A stretch of DNA of 53,110 nucleotides from Candidatus Nomurabacteria bacterium CG1_02_43_90 (GTDB lineage Bacteria > Patescibacteriota > Minisyncoccia > Phycocordibacterales > UBA1550): the NCBI GenBank assembly GCA_001871765.1, contig MNVN01000003.1:1-53110 (forward strand). The letters are read 5' to 3'. This document shows positions 33,592-42,716 of the stretch, piece after piece. How positions within the stretch are numbered: the first letter of the stretch is position 1; every line of letters starts with the position of its first letter. Below the pieces are notes generated by a model. The model made no database searches. It saw only the letters and a list, made by a program, of their open reading frames with translations, and had not been told where the DNA came from. The translations under genes were made by a program, and so were the position numbers.

Positions 33592-33723
33592 ATGGCAGCA
33601 AAGAAAAAGGTAGCAAAGAAAGCAGTAAAGAAGGTAGCAAAGAAAGCAGTAAAGAAGGTAGCAAAGAAAGCAGTAAAGAAGGTAGCAAAGAAAGCAGTAA
33701 AGAAAACTGCAAAGCGCGCATAA
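33592..33723 (+). CDS. Small lysine/alanine-rich basic protein (histone H1-like repeat protein)
   Basis: 43 aa, MAAKKKVAKKAVKK(VAKKAVKK)x3..TAKRA. It falls below the ORF-track size cutoff and is followed immediately by a strong terminator on the + strand. Confidence 0.6.
   Translation: MAAKKKVAKKAVKKVAKKAVKKVAKKAVKKVAKKAVKKTAKRA
33610..33705 (+). repeat. Tandem repeat, 4 x 24 nt (GTAGCAAAGAAAGCAGTAAAGAAG)
   Basis: Three identical units plus a fourth with one substitution. The repeat is in-frame and encodes VAKKAVKK. Confidence 0.9.
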
Positions 33724-33733
33724 ATTCGCGTTA

Positions 33734-33763
33734 ACAAAAATCCCGCTTCGGCGGGATTTTTGT
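33734..33763 (+). terminator. Rho-independent terminator
   Basis: ACAAAAATCCCGC-TTCG-GCGGGATTTTTGT. Confidence 0.8.
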
Positions 33764-33859
33764 TCGCACAGGCGTTACCCAGAAGGCCCGTCTTCCAAGG
33801 AAGGCAATTCCTTCTTTTTCGTTTTTCACTCCGCTCCATTTTTATGCTAAACTACACCC

Positions 33860-36364
33860 ATGTCATTTTTACATACAATATTAGGGCGTGGCGGGGTAGC
33901 AGGCAAATATGCTCCCCTGATTAAGAAAATCAATGCTTTTGAGCCTGCGATACAGGTGCTCTCTAACGAGGAACTCCGTGAAAAGACCGTGGAGTTTCGT
34001 GGTCGCCTTGCAAAAGGGGAAACTGAGGACGACCTTTTGCCAGAGGCATTTGCTGTGGTACGGGAGGCTTCCCTCCGTACTCTAGGTCAACGACACTACG
34101 ATGTGCAACTTTTGGGAGGTATCGCGCTTCATCAAGGGAAAATTGCCGAGATGATGACGGGCGAAGGAAAAACTCTTGTTGCGACACTCCCCGCATACTT
34201 GAACGCACTTCCTGGGAAAGGAGTACATGTCGTGACGGTCAATGATTATTTGTCACGTCGTGATGCCACATGGATGGGGCAGGTCTATTCATTTCTCGGT
34301 CTCTCTGTTGGTGTACTCAATCATACCTCTTCTTATTTATATACGGCAGAGCCAAACAAAGAAGAACTCGCTACGCTTGACGCTGTGCGCGACGAAGTCG
34401 GTTCATTTAAGGTTGTGCATGAGTTTATGCGACCATGTTCAAAGCAAGATGCGTATCGTGCTGATATTACCTATGGTACGAACAACGAGTTTGGTTTTGA
34501 TTATTTACGCGACAATGTTGCGTACGCATCTGCTGATCTGGCACAGCGCGACTATCACTTCGCTATCGTTGATGAAATCGATTCCATTTTGATTGATGAA
34601 GCACGCACTCCTCTTATTATCTCTGCTCCCTCTGGTGATGCGGAAAATCTCTACACGGTATTTGCGGGAATTGCTGCAAAATTGAAAGAAGGAGAGCACT
34701 ACACGGTAGATGAAAAATTGAAAGCAATACAGATTAATGACGCAGGTATTACGCGCGCAGAGGAGATTTTGGGGGTTGAAAATATTTATACTGAACGTGG
34801 GGTGAAGTATGTGCATCATTTAGACACTGCAGTGCGTGCGCAGGCGCTCTTTCAGCGTGATAAGGAGTATGTCGTGCAAAATGATGAGGTGATTATTGTT
34901 GATGAGTTTACGGGGCGTTTACAGCCGGGCCGTCGTTGGTCAGAGGGACTTCATCAAGCCGTAGAGGCAAAAGAAGGTGTGAAGATACAGCAAGAGTCGC
35001 GGACGTTTGCATCTATTACTTTTCAAAATTATTTTCGTCTCTACGGAAAGCTTACGGGTATGACCGGAACCGCAGAGACCTCAAGCGAAGAGTTCTTCAA
35101 AGTGTATGGACTTGAGGTGGTGTCTATTCCCACCAACAGAAAAGTTGCACGTATTGACCGCACCGACCTAATCTTTCAAACAGAAAAAGGAAAGTTTCAA
35201 GCTATTGCGCGTAAAGTGAAAGAACTGAATGCAAAAGGACAGCCGGTGCTTATTGGTACGGTGTCGATTGAGAAGAATGAGCTTCTCTCTGAGTACCTAC
35301 GTCGTGAAGGAGTACCTCATGAATTACTGAATGCAAAGAATCATGAACGTGAGGGTGAAATCGTCGCACAGGCAGGACGCAAGGGGAGTGTGGTTATTGC
35401 TACGAATATGGCAGGTCGTGGAGTGGATATCAAGCTGGGAGGCAACCCTGGTTCAAAACAAGCATACGAAGAAGTCAAAGAACTCGGTGGTCTCTTTGTT
35501 TTGGGTACCGAGCGTCATGAGGCGCGCCGTATCGACAACCAGCTCCGTGGGCGTTCCGGTCGCCAAGGGGATCCGGGGGAGACACAATTCTTTGTCTCCA
35601 TGGAGGACAGTTTGATGCGCGTCTTTGCTTCTGATGTGGTAAAAAACATGATGGGTAAGCTTGGTATACCTGAAGATGAAGCGATTCAGAACAAAATGAT
35701 TTCGCGTTCACTTGAAACAGCACAGGAAAAAATTGAGGGATTTCATTTTGATTCCCGTAAACACGTACTCTCCTATGATGATGTGATGACGAAACAGCGT
35801 GCTTATGTGTATGGTATGCGTCGTGATATCCTCATGGGGAAAATTGACGTCGTCAAGGAACACCTTTCGGGTATCATTGCAGGAGACACATCAAGTTCTC
35901 GTTCAAGACCCGAATCTGTTGATTCGAAACTTGTTGAAGAAAAAGTTGCAACGCTGGGTGAAGCGGAATTTTATAATGCGGTTAAGCGCCTCATTCTTCA
36001 GGTTGTCGACATGATGTGGATGGAACATTTGGACGCGATGGAATATTTGAAGTCATCGGTGAATTTGCGGGCATACGGTCAACGTGACCCCCTTGTTGAG
36101 TATAAAAAAGAAGGACTGCGTATGTTCCGTGAGATGAAAGAGTCTGTGCAAAATGAAGTACTCCGCGTGCTCCCTGTTATTGGTGTAGGGGCATTTGTGA
36201 AGGAGGAAGAGCAGGCGCGGGAGATTGTAAAGCATGCTACTGAGGTTGGAGGAGAGGAGGATGAGGCTTCAACTGCGACACCTATTCATGCAGACAAGAC
36301 AGGAAGGAACGACCTTTGTCATTGTGGAAGTGGAAAAAAATTCAAAAAGTGTCACGGTGTGTAG
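33860..36364 (+). CDS. secA: Preprotein translocase ATPase SecA
   Basis: 834 aa with MMTGEGKTLVATLPAYLNAL (Walker A), DEIDSILIDEARTPLIIS, TGMTGTA and a C-terminal zinc finger CHCGSGKKFKKCHG. Confidence 0.95.
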   Translation: MSFLHTILGRGGVAGKYAPLIKKINAFEPAIQVLSNEELREKTVEFRGRLAKGETEDDLLPEAFAVVREASLRTLGQRHYDVQLLGGIALHQGKIAEMMTGEGKTLVATLPAYLNALPGKGVHVVTVNDYLSRRDATWMGQVYSFLGLSVGVLNHTSSYLYTAEPNKEELATLDAVRDEVGSFKVVHEFMRPCSKQDAYRADITYGTNNEFGFDYLRDNVAYASADLAQRDYHFAIVDEIDSILIDEARTPLIISAPSGDAENLYTVFAGIAAKLKEGEHYTVDEKLKAIQINDAGITRAEEILGVENIYTERGVKYVHHLDTAVRAQALFQRDKEYVVQNDEVIIVDEFTGRLQPGRRWSEGLHQAVEAKEGVKIQQESRTFASITFQNYFRLYGKLTGMTGTAETSSEEFFKVYGLEVVSIPTNRKVARIDRTDLIFQTEKGKFQAIARKVKELNAKGQPVLIGTVSIEKNELLSEYLRREGVPHELLNAKNHEREGEIVAQAGRKGSVVIATNMAGRGVDIKLGGNPGSKQAYEEVKELGGLFVLGTERHEARRIDNQLRGRSGRQGDPGETQFFVSMEDSLMRVFASDVVKNMMGKLGIPEDEAIQNKMISRSLETAQEKIEGFHFDSRKHVLSYDDVMTKQRAYVYGMRRDILMGKIDVVKEHLSGIIAGDTSSSRSRPESVDSKLVEEKVATLGEAEFYNAVKRLILQVVDMMWMEHLDAMEYLKSSVNLRAYGQRDPLVEYKKEGLRMFREMKESVQNEVLRVLPVIGVGAFVKEEEQAREIVKHATEVGGEEDEASTATPIHADKTGRNDLCHCGSGKKFKKCHGV

Positions 36365-36706
36365 TCCAGGTGCTTTCTGGGAACGTTTGCTGTGTCAAGG
36401 GAAAACCAAACCAAAAAATGTATTTGACAGTTCGTAAAGCGTATTGTAAAATAACCCTTGATAAATAAGGATATTTATAATAAAATACACAAAAAACAAG
36501 CTGAAAAATGGATAAAAACACTTGACTTTTTTGTTTGACTATGATAGCATAAGCATCTCGTCAGTAGAGATTAAGTGCACCTTTAGTTGGGTGCTTTTTT
36601 CTTGAAAGAGATTTGTTCTGTGGATACACTAATAATCACTCGTAACATAATCTCGCGAAATGAGGTCTACCTATATCGAGTTTGGCAAAGCATATATTGC
36701 CACATC

Positions 36707-37228
36707 ATGGAAAATACAAAACAATTCGTTCGTGGGCTCGTCCTTCTCCCGTTCCTTACGGTAGGATCACCCATCGCAATGTTTCATAATAATGTTGTTG
36801 CCTTCAGTCCAGAAGCGCAATCTACGTACGTTTCCCTTTCAGAAGAACACGCGAAAAAGATTGATGCGTATTTTTCTACGCGCTCAATGCCCCTGGAAGG
36901 GTATGGTGCAAAAATGGTGAAAGTTGCGGAAGAGAACAACATTGATTGGCGCCTTTTACCCGCTATTGCTATCAAGGAATCCACGGGTGGGAAGTTTGCT
37001 TGCCACAACAACCCTTTTGGTTGGGGTTCTTGCCAGATAAAATTTAAGAATTTCGATGAAGCAATCGATACGGTTGCGATGAATCTCGGCGGGAACAATC
37101 CTGCAACTGAGCGTTTTTATAAAAATACTGAAACAAAAATAAAGCTCCATCATTACAACGGAACCGTGGTCCCTACCTATACTCATGAAGTTATGAAGTT
37201 TATGGACTTGATTGAACAAGGGGCCTAA
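36707..37228 (+). CDS. Glucosaminidase (LytD/FlgJ-type) domain protein, putative peptidoglycan hydrolase
   Basis: N-terminal hydrophobic segment. IDWRLLPAIAIKESTGGKF..NNPFGWG resembles the glucosaminidase active-site region. I chose ATG 36707. Confidence 0.55.
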   Translation: MENTKQFVRGLVLLPFLTVGSPIAMFHNNVVAFSPEAQSTYVSLSEEHAKKIDAYFSTRSMPLEGYGAKMVKVAEENNIDWRLLPAIAIKESTGGKFACHNNPFGWGSCQIKFKNFDEAIDTVAMNLGGNNPATERFYKNTETKIKLHHYNGTVVPTYTHEVMKFMDLIEQGA

Positions 37229-37235
37229 AGACCGT

Positions 37236-37285
37236 CCCCTAATACAGAAACAACCGCCATATGGCGGTTGTTTCTGTATTAGGGG
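37236..37285. terminator. Bidirectional terminator, ~23-bp perfect palindrome between convergent genes
   Basis: CCCCTAATACAGAAACAACCGCCAT/ATGGCGGTTGTTTCTGTATTAGGGG. Confidence 0.7.
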
Positions 37286-37299
37286 AAAAGAGAGAACGG

Positions 37300-38007
37300 C
37301 TACTTCTTCGTACTTGTTGCCGCTGCTTCTGCTGCCGCTTTGTCGCGGGCCTCACGGAACTTTTTAAGGTCAGGGATTATTTTTTCAATATCTTCGGGAC
37401 TTTTAAAACCGTAATAGGGTTCATCTGATATAACGAGGGCAGGTAGAGTATTGCGTACCCCCTGAATGGACTTCATTGTCTTAACAGCAGAGAGATCGAG
37501 GTTGTAGTCAAATGCGTAGATACGGAGCTCGGGATATTCTTCGCGGAGCTTCGTGAGCACATAACCCTCTCGTTTGCAGTCGTCGCAGTCTCCTTTGTTG
37601 GAATAGAAGTAAATAACGGTAATGGGTTTTACGCCACACTTCTCGTTTACTTGTGCGACGAGTAGGTAGTCCTTAATTTGGAGTAGCGAATAGTATTTTT
37701 TAAGATTGACCACTTCGGCATTCTTTTCACTGAGAGTGTCTTCCATGTAAGCAAGTTTCTGTGCGAGGGAATTGAGCTCTTCAGAAAAGGCGGTGGAATG
37801 GTCGATGACTTTGCAAGAAGATTCTTTGAGGAGGGCGAACTGCGTTTCAGAAGAAAGGATATCAAGAGAGATTTTGTTCTCTACAGATTTTACTTCGGCA
37901 AGGCGACTTTGCTCAAAACGACCACTAATCATAAGCGCTCCAAAAAAGACTGTTGCGGTAATGACGAAAGCGAGAATATATTTTTTTGTTTCTATTTTTG
38001 CGCGCAT
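37300..38007 (-). CDS. Membrane-anchored thioredoxin-fold-like protein (CxxC)
   Basis: 235 aa with an N-terminal TM helix. The CDDC motif is followed by a thioredoxin-like beta-alpha pattern. Weak assignment. Confidence 0.45.
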   Translation of the reverse strand: MRAKIETKKYILAFVITATVFFGALMISGRFEQSRLAEVKSVENKISLDILSSETQFALLKESSCKVIDHSTAFSEELNSLAQKLAYMEDTLSEKNAEVVNLKKYYSLLQIKDYLLVAQVNEKCGVKPITVIYFYSNKGDCDDCKREGYVLTKLREEYPELRIYAFDYNLDLSAVKTMKSIQGVRNTLPALVISDEPYYGFKSPEDIEKIIPDLKKFREARDKAAAEAAATSTKK

Positions 38008-38036
38008 AGTTTTAATAGGGAATTATGGTTATTGGG

Positions 38037-39278
38037 TTAGCGCCACTTGCTCTCGCGGGAGAGGGCAACATTGATAAGAGCGCGGATGAACCAGATAGGA
38101 GCAACAATACCATAAAGAAAAATGAAATAGAAGATACCTGAACTAGGGCGGAAACGCCCTTCGGCGAGGACCACGCCATTCCAAATAATGAAGATACCCA
38201 ATCCGAGGAACATATAGGAGAGAATCGCCATAAAGTCCGTGTTGAAGTAGAACGAATTTGCTCTCGGAATAGCACTAATGAACCCGACTGTTACTATCTG
38301 GACTATTTTGTCGGCAATACTCCTGACTGCGTGAAAGGCAATGAAACTAAAATTGTAGAGAAAGATGAATACACCAAAAAAGGAAATAGGAAGGGTGATC
38401 ATGCCGAGAACGCCATATTCGCGACGAAACATCATGAAGCGATAGTCGAGAGTATTTTTCATTGTGCCGTATGCCCAGCGAAGGCGTTGGCGATAGAGCT
38501 TGTAGAGTGTTGCGGGGGATGAAGTGTAAACCTGCGCCGTGTGCACATTGCGAATGCGTAGATGGTGGGACTGCATACGAAGTGCGAATTCCATATCCTC
38601 CGTATTGTGGGCTTTTTTATAAAGTCCAATTTTTGCAAATACTTCACGACGAAAAATAGAAAATGGCCCGGGGGTAACGTTGATGGCGTCGAGGGGGGAG
38701 AGCATGCGTTTCAAAAAAGCACCTGTGTGGTACTCAGTTTCCTGCATTTTTTGGAGAATTGTTTTTGGTTCGTGGACAACGAGCATCGGGGTTACTGCCA
38801 TGGTGTCACGGTCCTCGTTGAATGCGCGGGCTATTTCGTGGAGCGCGTTCTTATCCACAAAGGAGTCTGCATCAAGACAGCCAATGAGGTCAGCCTTCGA
38901 ATTTTCGATACCAAAATTAACTGCAGTATGTTTCCCGCCATTTTCTTTATGAAAGAGTTTTATCTGAGGATTGCCGACAAACTTTTGTACTACTTCCCAC
39001 GTGCGATCAGTGGAACCGTCGTCGATAATGAAAATTTCCAGTTTGTTTTTTGGGTAATGGAGACGGAGGAGAGATTCGATGGTTTTTGAAATAGTTTTTT
39101 CCTCATTCCAACAAGGAACAATAATGGTTGTAGAGGGGTAATAGGAAAGTTTTTCATGTAGTTTTTTTGTGCTTAGTTTAAGGCGTTCCTCAAAAAAGGT
39201 AATAAGAAAAAATACCTCGAGGTAGAGCGAGAAAAAAAGGAAGACGTAAAGAATGTCGTTAAAGAATGTTTCGACCAC
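38037..39278 (-). CDS. Processive family-2 glycosyltransferase (PgaC/NodC/cellulose-synthase-like)
   Basis: IIVPCWNEE, IIDDGSTD, GKHTAVNFG, LDADS and QRLRWAYG (the Q(R/Q)xRW motif), plus N- and C-terminal TM helices. Confidence 0.8.
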   Translation of the reverse strand: MVETFFNDILYVFLFFSLYLEVFFLITFFEERLKLSTKKLHEKLSYYPSTTIIVPCWNEEKTISKTIESLLRLHYPKNKLEIFIIDDGSTDRTWEVVQKFVGNPQIKLFHKENGGKHTAVNFGIENSKADLIGCLDADSFVDKNALHEIARAFNEDRDTMAVTPMLVVHEPKTILQKMQETEYHTGAFLKRMLSPLDAINVTPGPFSIFRREVFAKIGLYKKAHNTEDMEFALRMQSHHLRIRNVHTAQVYTSSPATLYKLYRQRLRWAYGTMKNTLDYRFMMFRREYGVLGMITLPISFFGVFIFLYNFSFIAFHAVRSIADKIVQIVTVGFISAIPRANSFYFNTDFMAILSYMFLGLGIFIIWNGVVLAEGRFRPSSGIFYFIFLYGIVAPIWFIRALINVALSRESKWR

Positions 39279-39400
39279 GGTGGTGTGTGTTAAAAAATAA
39301 CCCGTTCCGCGGGTCTTTTTGTATCACGCTTACTATACCAGATATTTTAGAAATGAGCAAAATTTTCTGTAGCCGTATGCTTGTGCTAGAATATCGCTAT

Positions 39401-40687
39401 ATGGAACATTCAGTTATCAAAAATGCCGAGGCACTCGGTACAACGCCACTTCGCAAGGATGGCCTCGCTATTCTGGAAGCGGGGTATCGCGCGATTATGA
39501 CCAAAGAGGTTATGCGCAACCGTATTGATATTGATGAGTTACAAATTACCGTAGACGGACGTTCTTTTCCCTTTGGTGCATACGAGCGTGTGTTCTTCGT
39601 GGGGATTGGAAAATGCGCACTTGATGCAGGGCAGGCAATAGAAGAAAAACTTGGGGCATGGCTTACCGACGGAATCATCTTGGATGTACGGGGCGCACCG
39701 CTTCGCAAAATGCGTTCATACATCGGCACACATCCTTTTCCTTCTGAGCAGAATGTTGAAGTCGCTACTTCGATTACAAAAATGCTTGAAGGGCTTACGG
39801 ACCGTGATTTGTTGATTACGGTCGTGTCGGGCGGCGCTTCGTCACTTCTCTGTTTACCTCATGATATTTCGTGCGATACCGTTACTCTTATTACGAAGAC
39901 CTTGATGGAGGGTGGCGCAACAATTGATGAGCTTAACAAAGTTCGCAAACACACTTCAAAAATTCAGGGTGGGCAATTTGCCAAGATGGCGTTTCCTGCG
40001 ACGGTTATCTCGCTTATTTTTTCTGATGTGCCAGGGGATGATATTAGTATGGTCGCCTCGGGTCCAACGGTGATGGATACCACCACGATGGCAGATGCGC
40101 AGGCTGTATTAGAAAAATATGATATTGAAAAAATCTGCAAGATACCACACTGTGGACTTATTGAAACACCCAAGGAAGAAAAATATTTTGAGCGGGTCCA
40201 CAATATTCTTTTTGTTACCAACGAGACAGCATTAGTTGCTATGCAAAAGGAAGCAGAAAAGCGAGGATATACGACACGGATTGAAAATACGGGTCTTCAG
40301 GGTGAGGCGCGCGAAGTAGGCGCACTTTTGGCGCGCGAGGCGACCAATCCAAAAACCTGCAGACTTTTTGGCGGGGAAACGACAGTGACGATACATAAGC
40401 AGGGTAAGGGAGGACGATGCCAAGAGTCCGTACTGGGAGCATTGCCGTTTATCAGAAAGCACGCGTTGTTTGTAGCAGCAACTTCGGATGGTTGGGATAA
40501 TACCCATTTTGCAGGAGCTATAGGGGATACAGAAGTGTTGGCTCATGCGCAAGAGCTCGGACTTGATCCAAAAACTGCAGGCGAGGAAAACCAAGCATTT
40601 GATTTTTTTGAAAAGACGGGGGCGCACATTGATACCGGACGCACGGGGGCAAATGTTTCGGATTGGTATTTTACGATTACCGAATAA
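39401..40687 (+). CDS. Glycerate 2-kinase (DUF4147 + MOFRL family)
   Basis: VGIGKCALDAG, VVSGGASSLL, SDVPGDD, LFGGETTVT..GKGGRCQE. I chose ATG 39401, 8 nt after a TGcTAGAAT -10 element. Confidence 0.8.
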   Translation: MEHSVIKNAEALGTTPLRKDGLAILEAGYRAIMTKEVMRNRIDIDELQITVDGRSFPFGAYERVFFVGIGKCALDAGQAIEEKLGAWLTDGIILDVRGAPLRKMRSYIGTHPFPSEQNVEVATSITKMLEGLTDRDLLITVVSGGASSLLCLPHDISCDTVTLITKTLMEGGATIDELNKVRKHTSKIQGGQFAKMAFPATVISLIFSDVPGDDISMVASGPTVMDTTTMADAQAVLEKYDIEKICKIPHCGLIETPKEEKYFERVHNILFVTNETALVAMQKEAEKRGYTTRIENTGLQGEAREVGALLAREATNPKTCRLFGGETTVTIHKQGKGGRCQESVLGALPFIRKHALFVAATSDGWDNTHFAGAIGDTEVLAHAQELGLDPKTAGEENQAFDFFEKTGAHIDTGRTGANVSDWYFTITE

Positions 40688-40723
40688 TTACGAATCTTGC
40701 CGGTCGCATGTTATACTATCAAA

Positions 40724-41728
40724 ATGAAAATTGCGTATTTTTACAATGAAGATTGGGAAATAGATTATGTAAAGGAGCGACTCCCTGAGCAAGAGATTCT
40801 TTTTTTGAAAGGATCAACGACTGACCATCCCGAGGTGAGAGATCCTGAGGTAGGTATTTTGTCTGTTTTTGTAAATTCACCCGTAGGGAAGGATGAGCTT
40901 GATCGCTTTCCAAACCTTAAACACATCGCAACCCGCTCAACAGGGTTTGACCATATCGATTGCGATGAGGCAAAAGCGCGAGGAATTAGTATCTCTTATG
41001 TGCCCGCGTATGGAGAGAATACTGTTGCTGAATTTGCGATGGCACTCCTCCTTACGGTATCGCGCAGAATGTATGAATGTATCAAAAAAGTTCAAGATGA
41101 AGGATTGTTCTCTCAAGAAGGGCTTCGTGGTTTTGATTTAAAAGGGAAGACAATGGGGATTTTGGGTATTGGGCGTATTGGGGTGCATATGATTCGCATG
41201 GCAAAAGGGTTTGATATGAAAGTTGTTGCTTTTGACTTGTACCCAAAGCAGAGCATGGCGCAGGAACTTGGTTTCTCGTACGTAACCCTCGACGAGCTCC
41301 TTGCGCAGTCCGATGTCATGAGCCTGCACTTGCCCTACATGAAAGAGACACACCACATTATCAATAAGGAGAGTATTCGAAAAATGAAGAAGGGGAGTGT
41401 GCTCATTAATACGGCGCGCGGAGGACTGGTAGAGACCGAAGCGCTTGCAGAAGGGCTTCGTGAAGGAATTCTCCTGGGTGTTGGACTCGATGTTCTTGAG
41501 GAAGAAGCTTTTGTGGAAGATGAGGCACGACTACTCTTTGAAGCACACCCAAAAGAAGAAGATTTGAAAACAATTCTTGCGAATCATTATTTAATTGCGC
41601 ACCCCCGTGCGGTTATTGCCCCTCACAATGCCTTTAACACTGATGAAGCAATTCGTCGTATTCTCGATACCGTTACTCAAAACATGAAGGCATACATGCA
41701 GAACCAATCAATAAATTTAATTCCTTAA
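40724..41728 (+). CDS. D-isomer-specific 2-hydroxyacid dehydrogenase (NAD-binding)
   Basis: GILGIGRIGVHMIRMAKGFDMKVVAFD (GxGxxG), NTARGGLV and PHNAF catalytic His region. I chose ATG 40724, 6 nt after a TGtTATACT element. Confidence 0.85.
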   Translation: MKIAYFYNEDWEIDYVKERLPEQEILFLKGSTTDHPEVRDPEVGILSVFVNSPVGKDELDRFPNLKHIATRSTGFDHIDCDEAKARGISISYVPAYGENTVAEFAMALLLTVSRRMYECIKKVQDEGLFSQEGLRGFDLKGKTMGILGIGRIGVHMIRMAKGFDMKVVAFDLYPKQSMAQELGFSYVTLDELLAQSDVMSLHLPYMKETHHIINKESIRKMKKGSVLINTARGGLVETEALAEGLREGILLGVGLDVLEEEAFVEDEARLLFEAHPKEEDLKTILANHYLIAHPRAVIAPHNAFNTDEAIRRILDTVTQNMKAYMQNQSINLIP

Positions 41729-41745
41729 TTAACTCCTTTTTTATT

Positions 41746-42090
41746 ATGCGCCTACTTGCAAAATGGATTATTATCGCTCTCGCATTTTTAATGCTCCCGA
41801 ACTTTATTCCGGGGATTTTTGTGGCATCATTTCAGACTGCACTCATCGTCGCTTTCTTCTGGGGGATTGCGAATTTGATTATTAAGCCAGTTCTTCTCTT
41901 GGTGCTTCTCCCTATTACCCTCCTCACGCTCGGCTTATTTACGTTTGTCGTGAATGCACTGCTCTTTTGGGGGATTGGTAATGTTGTCCAGGGGTTTTCG
42001 GTTGGTGGCTTTGTCCCCGCCTTTTTGGGGGCACTCGTCATGACAGCTGTTCACGTTATTGCAAATTTTTTGCTTAAGGAAAACGATTAA
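41746..42090 (+). CDS. Phage-holin-family-IV / DUF360 (YvlD-like) small membrane protein
   Basis: 114 aa with four hydrophobic helices. WGIANLIIKPVLLLVLLPITLLTLGLFTFVVNAL is typical. Confidence 0.65.
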   Translation: MRLLAKWIIIALAFLMLPNFIPGIFVASFQTALIVAFFWGIANLIIKPVLLLVLLPITLLTLGLFTFVVNALLFWGIGNVVQGFSVGGFVPAFLGALVMTAVHVIANFLLKEND

Positions 42091-42095
42091 AAAAT

Positions 42096-42716
42096 ATGGA
42101 GAACCTTACTATTGACCATATTATTCCTTTTGTGGAGATGCATCGTCACGTGGGGTACCTCATTTTATTTTTAGTGATGGTCGTTGAGGGAGAAATGTTT
42201 GTTATCCTCGCAGGAATCCTTGCACATCTGAAAGTCTTTGATATCGGGGACGTTATTTGGGTAACACTCCTGGGGGTGCTTTTGGGGGATCTTTTGTGGT
42301 ATCAGCTGGGCGTCTTTGTTTCTGGTCAAGGTAAGTTTCCTGACATTGTGCGTTTTCTGGAGAAGACCGTACTCTCTTTTCTTCCGCGTTTTCGAGAAAA
42401 ACCATTTAAATCTATCTTTCTTTCTAAATTTATCTATGGGGCAAATCACACCACCCTTATTCTCTCTGGTGTCCTCAATGTGAAATTTAGAATTTTTGCA
42501 GAAGCGGAGATTGTTGCGTCAGTTATTTGGGTGCTTATTTTTTCAGCAGTTGGATATTTCTTTGGCTACGCAGCGCTTGCGGTGACACATAAGGTTACGA
42601 ACTTTATTTTGATAGCCGTGATTTTTATGGTAGGGTTTGTCTTGATTCAGCGCTTCGCTTCGAAACGCTATGGGGAATATGAACAAAATCATGAAAAAGA
42701 AAATAGTGACGCATAG
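42096..42716 (+). CDS. DedA-family (SNARE-associated) membrane protein
   Basis: 206 aa. VEGEMFVILAGILA and LSKFIYGANH blocks. Confidence 0.8.
   Translation: MENLTIDHIIPFVEMHRHVGYLILFLVMVVEGEMFVILAGILAHLKVFDIGDVIWVTLLGVLLGDLLWYQLGVFVSGQGKFPDIVRFLEKTVLSFLPRFREKPFKSIFLSKFIYGANHTTLILSGVLNVKFRIFAEAEIVASVIWVLIFSAVGYFFGYAALAVTHKVTNFILIAVIFMVGFVLIQRFASKRYGEYEQNHEKENSDA

Noticed and set aside
33610-33705. Possible CRISPR array or other non-coding tandem repeat
   Set aside because: The repeats are directly adjacent 24-nt units with no spacers. They are in-frame with an ATG-to-TAA ORF that is followed by a terminator. This is a coding repeat, not a CRISPR array, and no cas genes are in the window.
41746-42090. 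Holin gene as a marker of a prophage
   Set aside because: The DUF360/holin-IV-like protein is flanked by a dehydrogenase and a DedA protein. There is no endolysin, terminase or capsid gene nearby. The family is widespread as a chromosomal small membrane protein.
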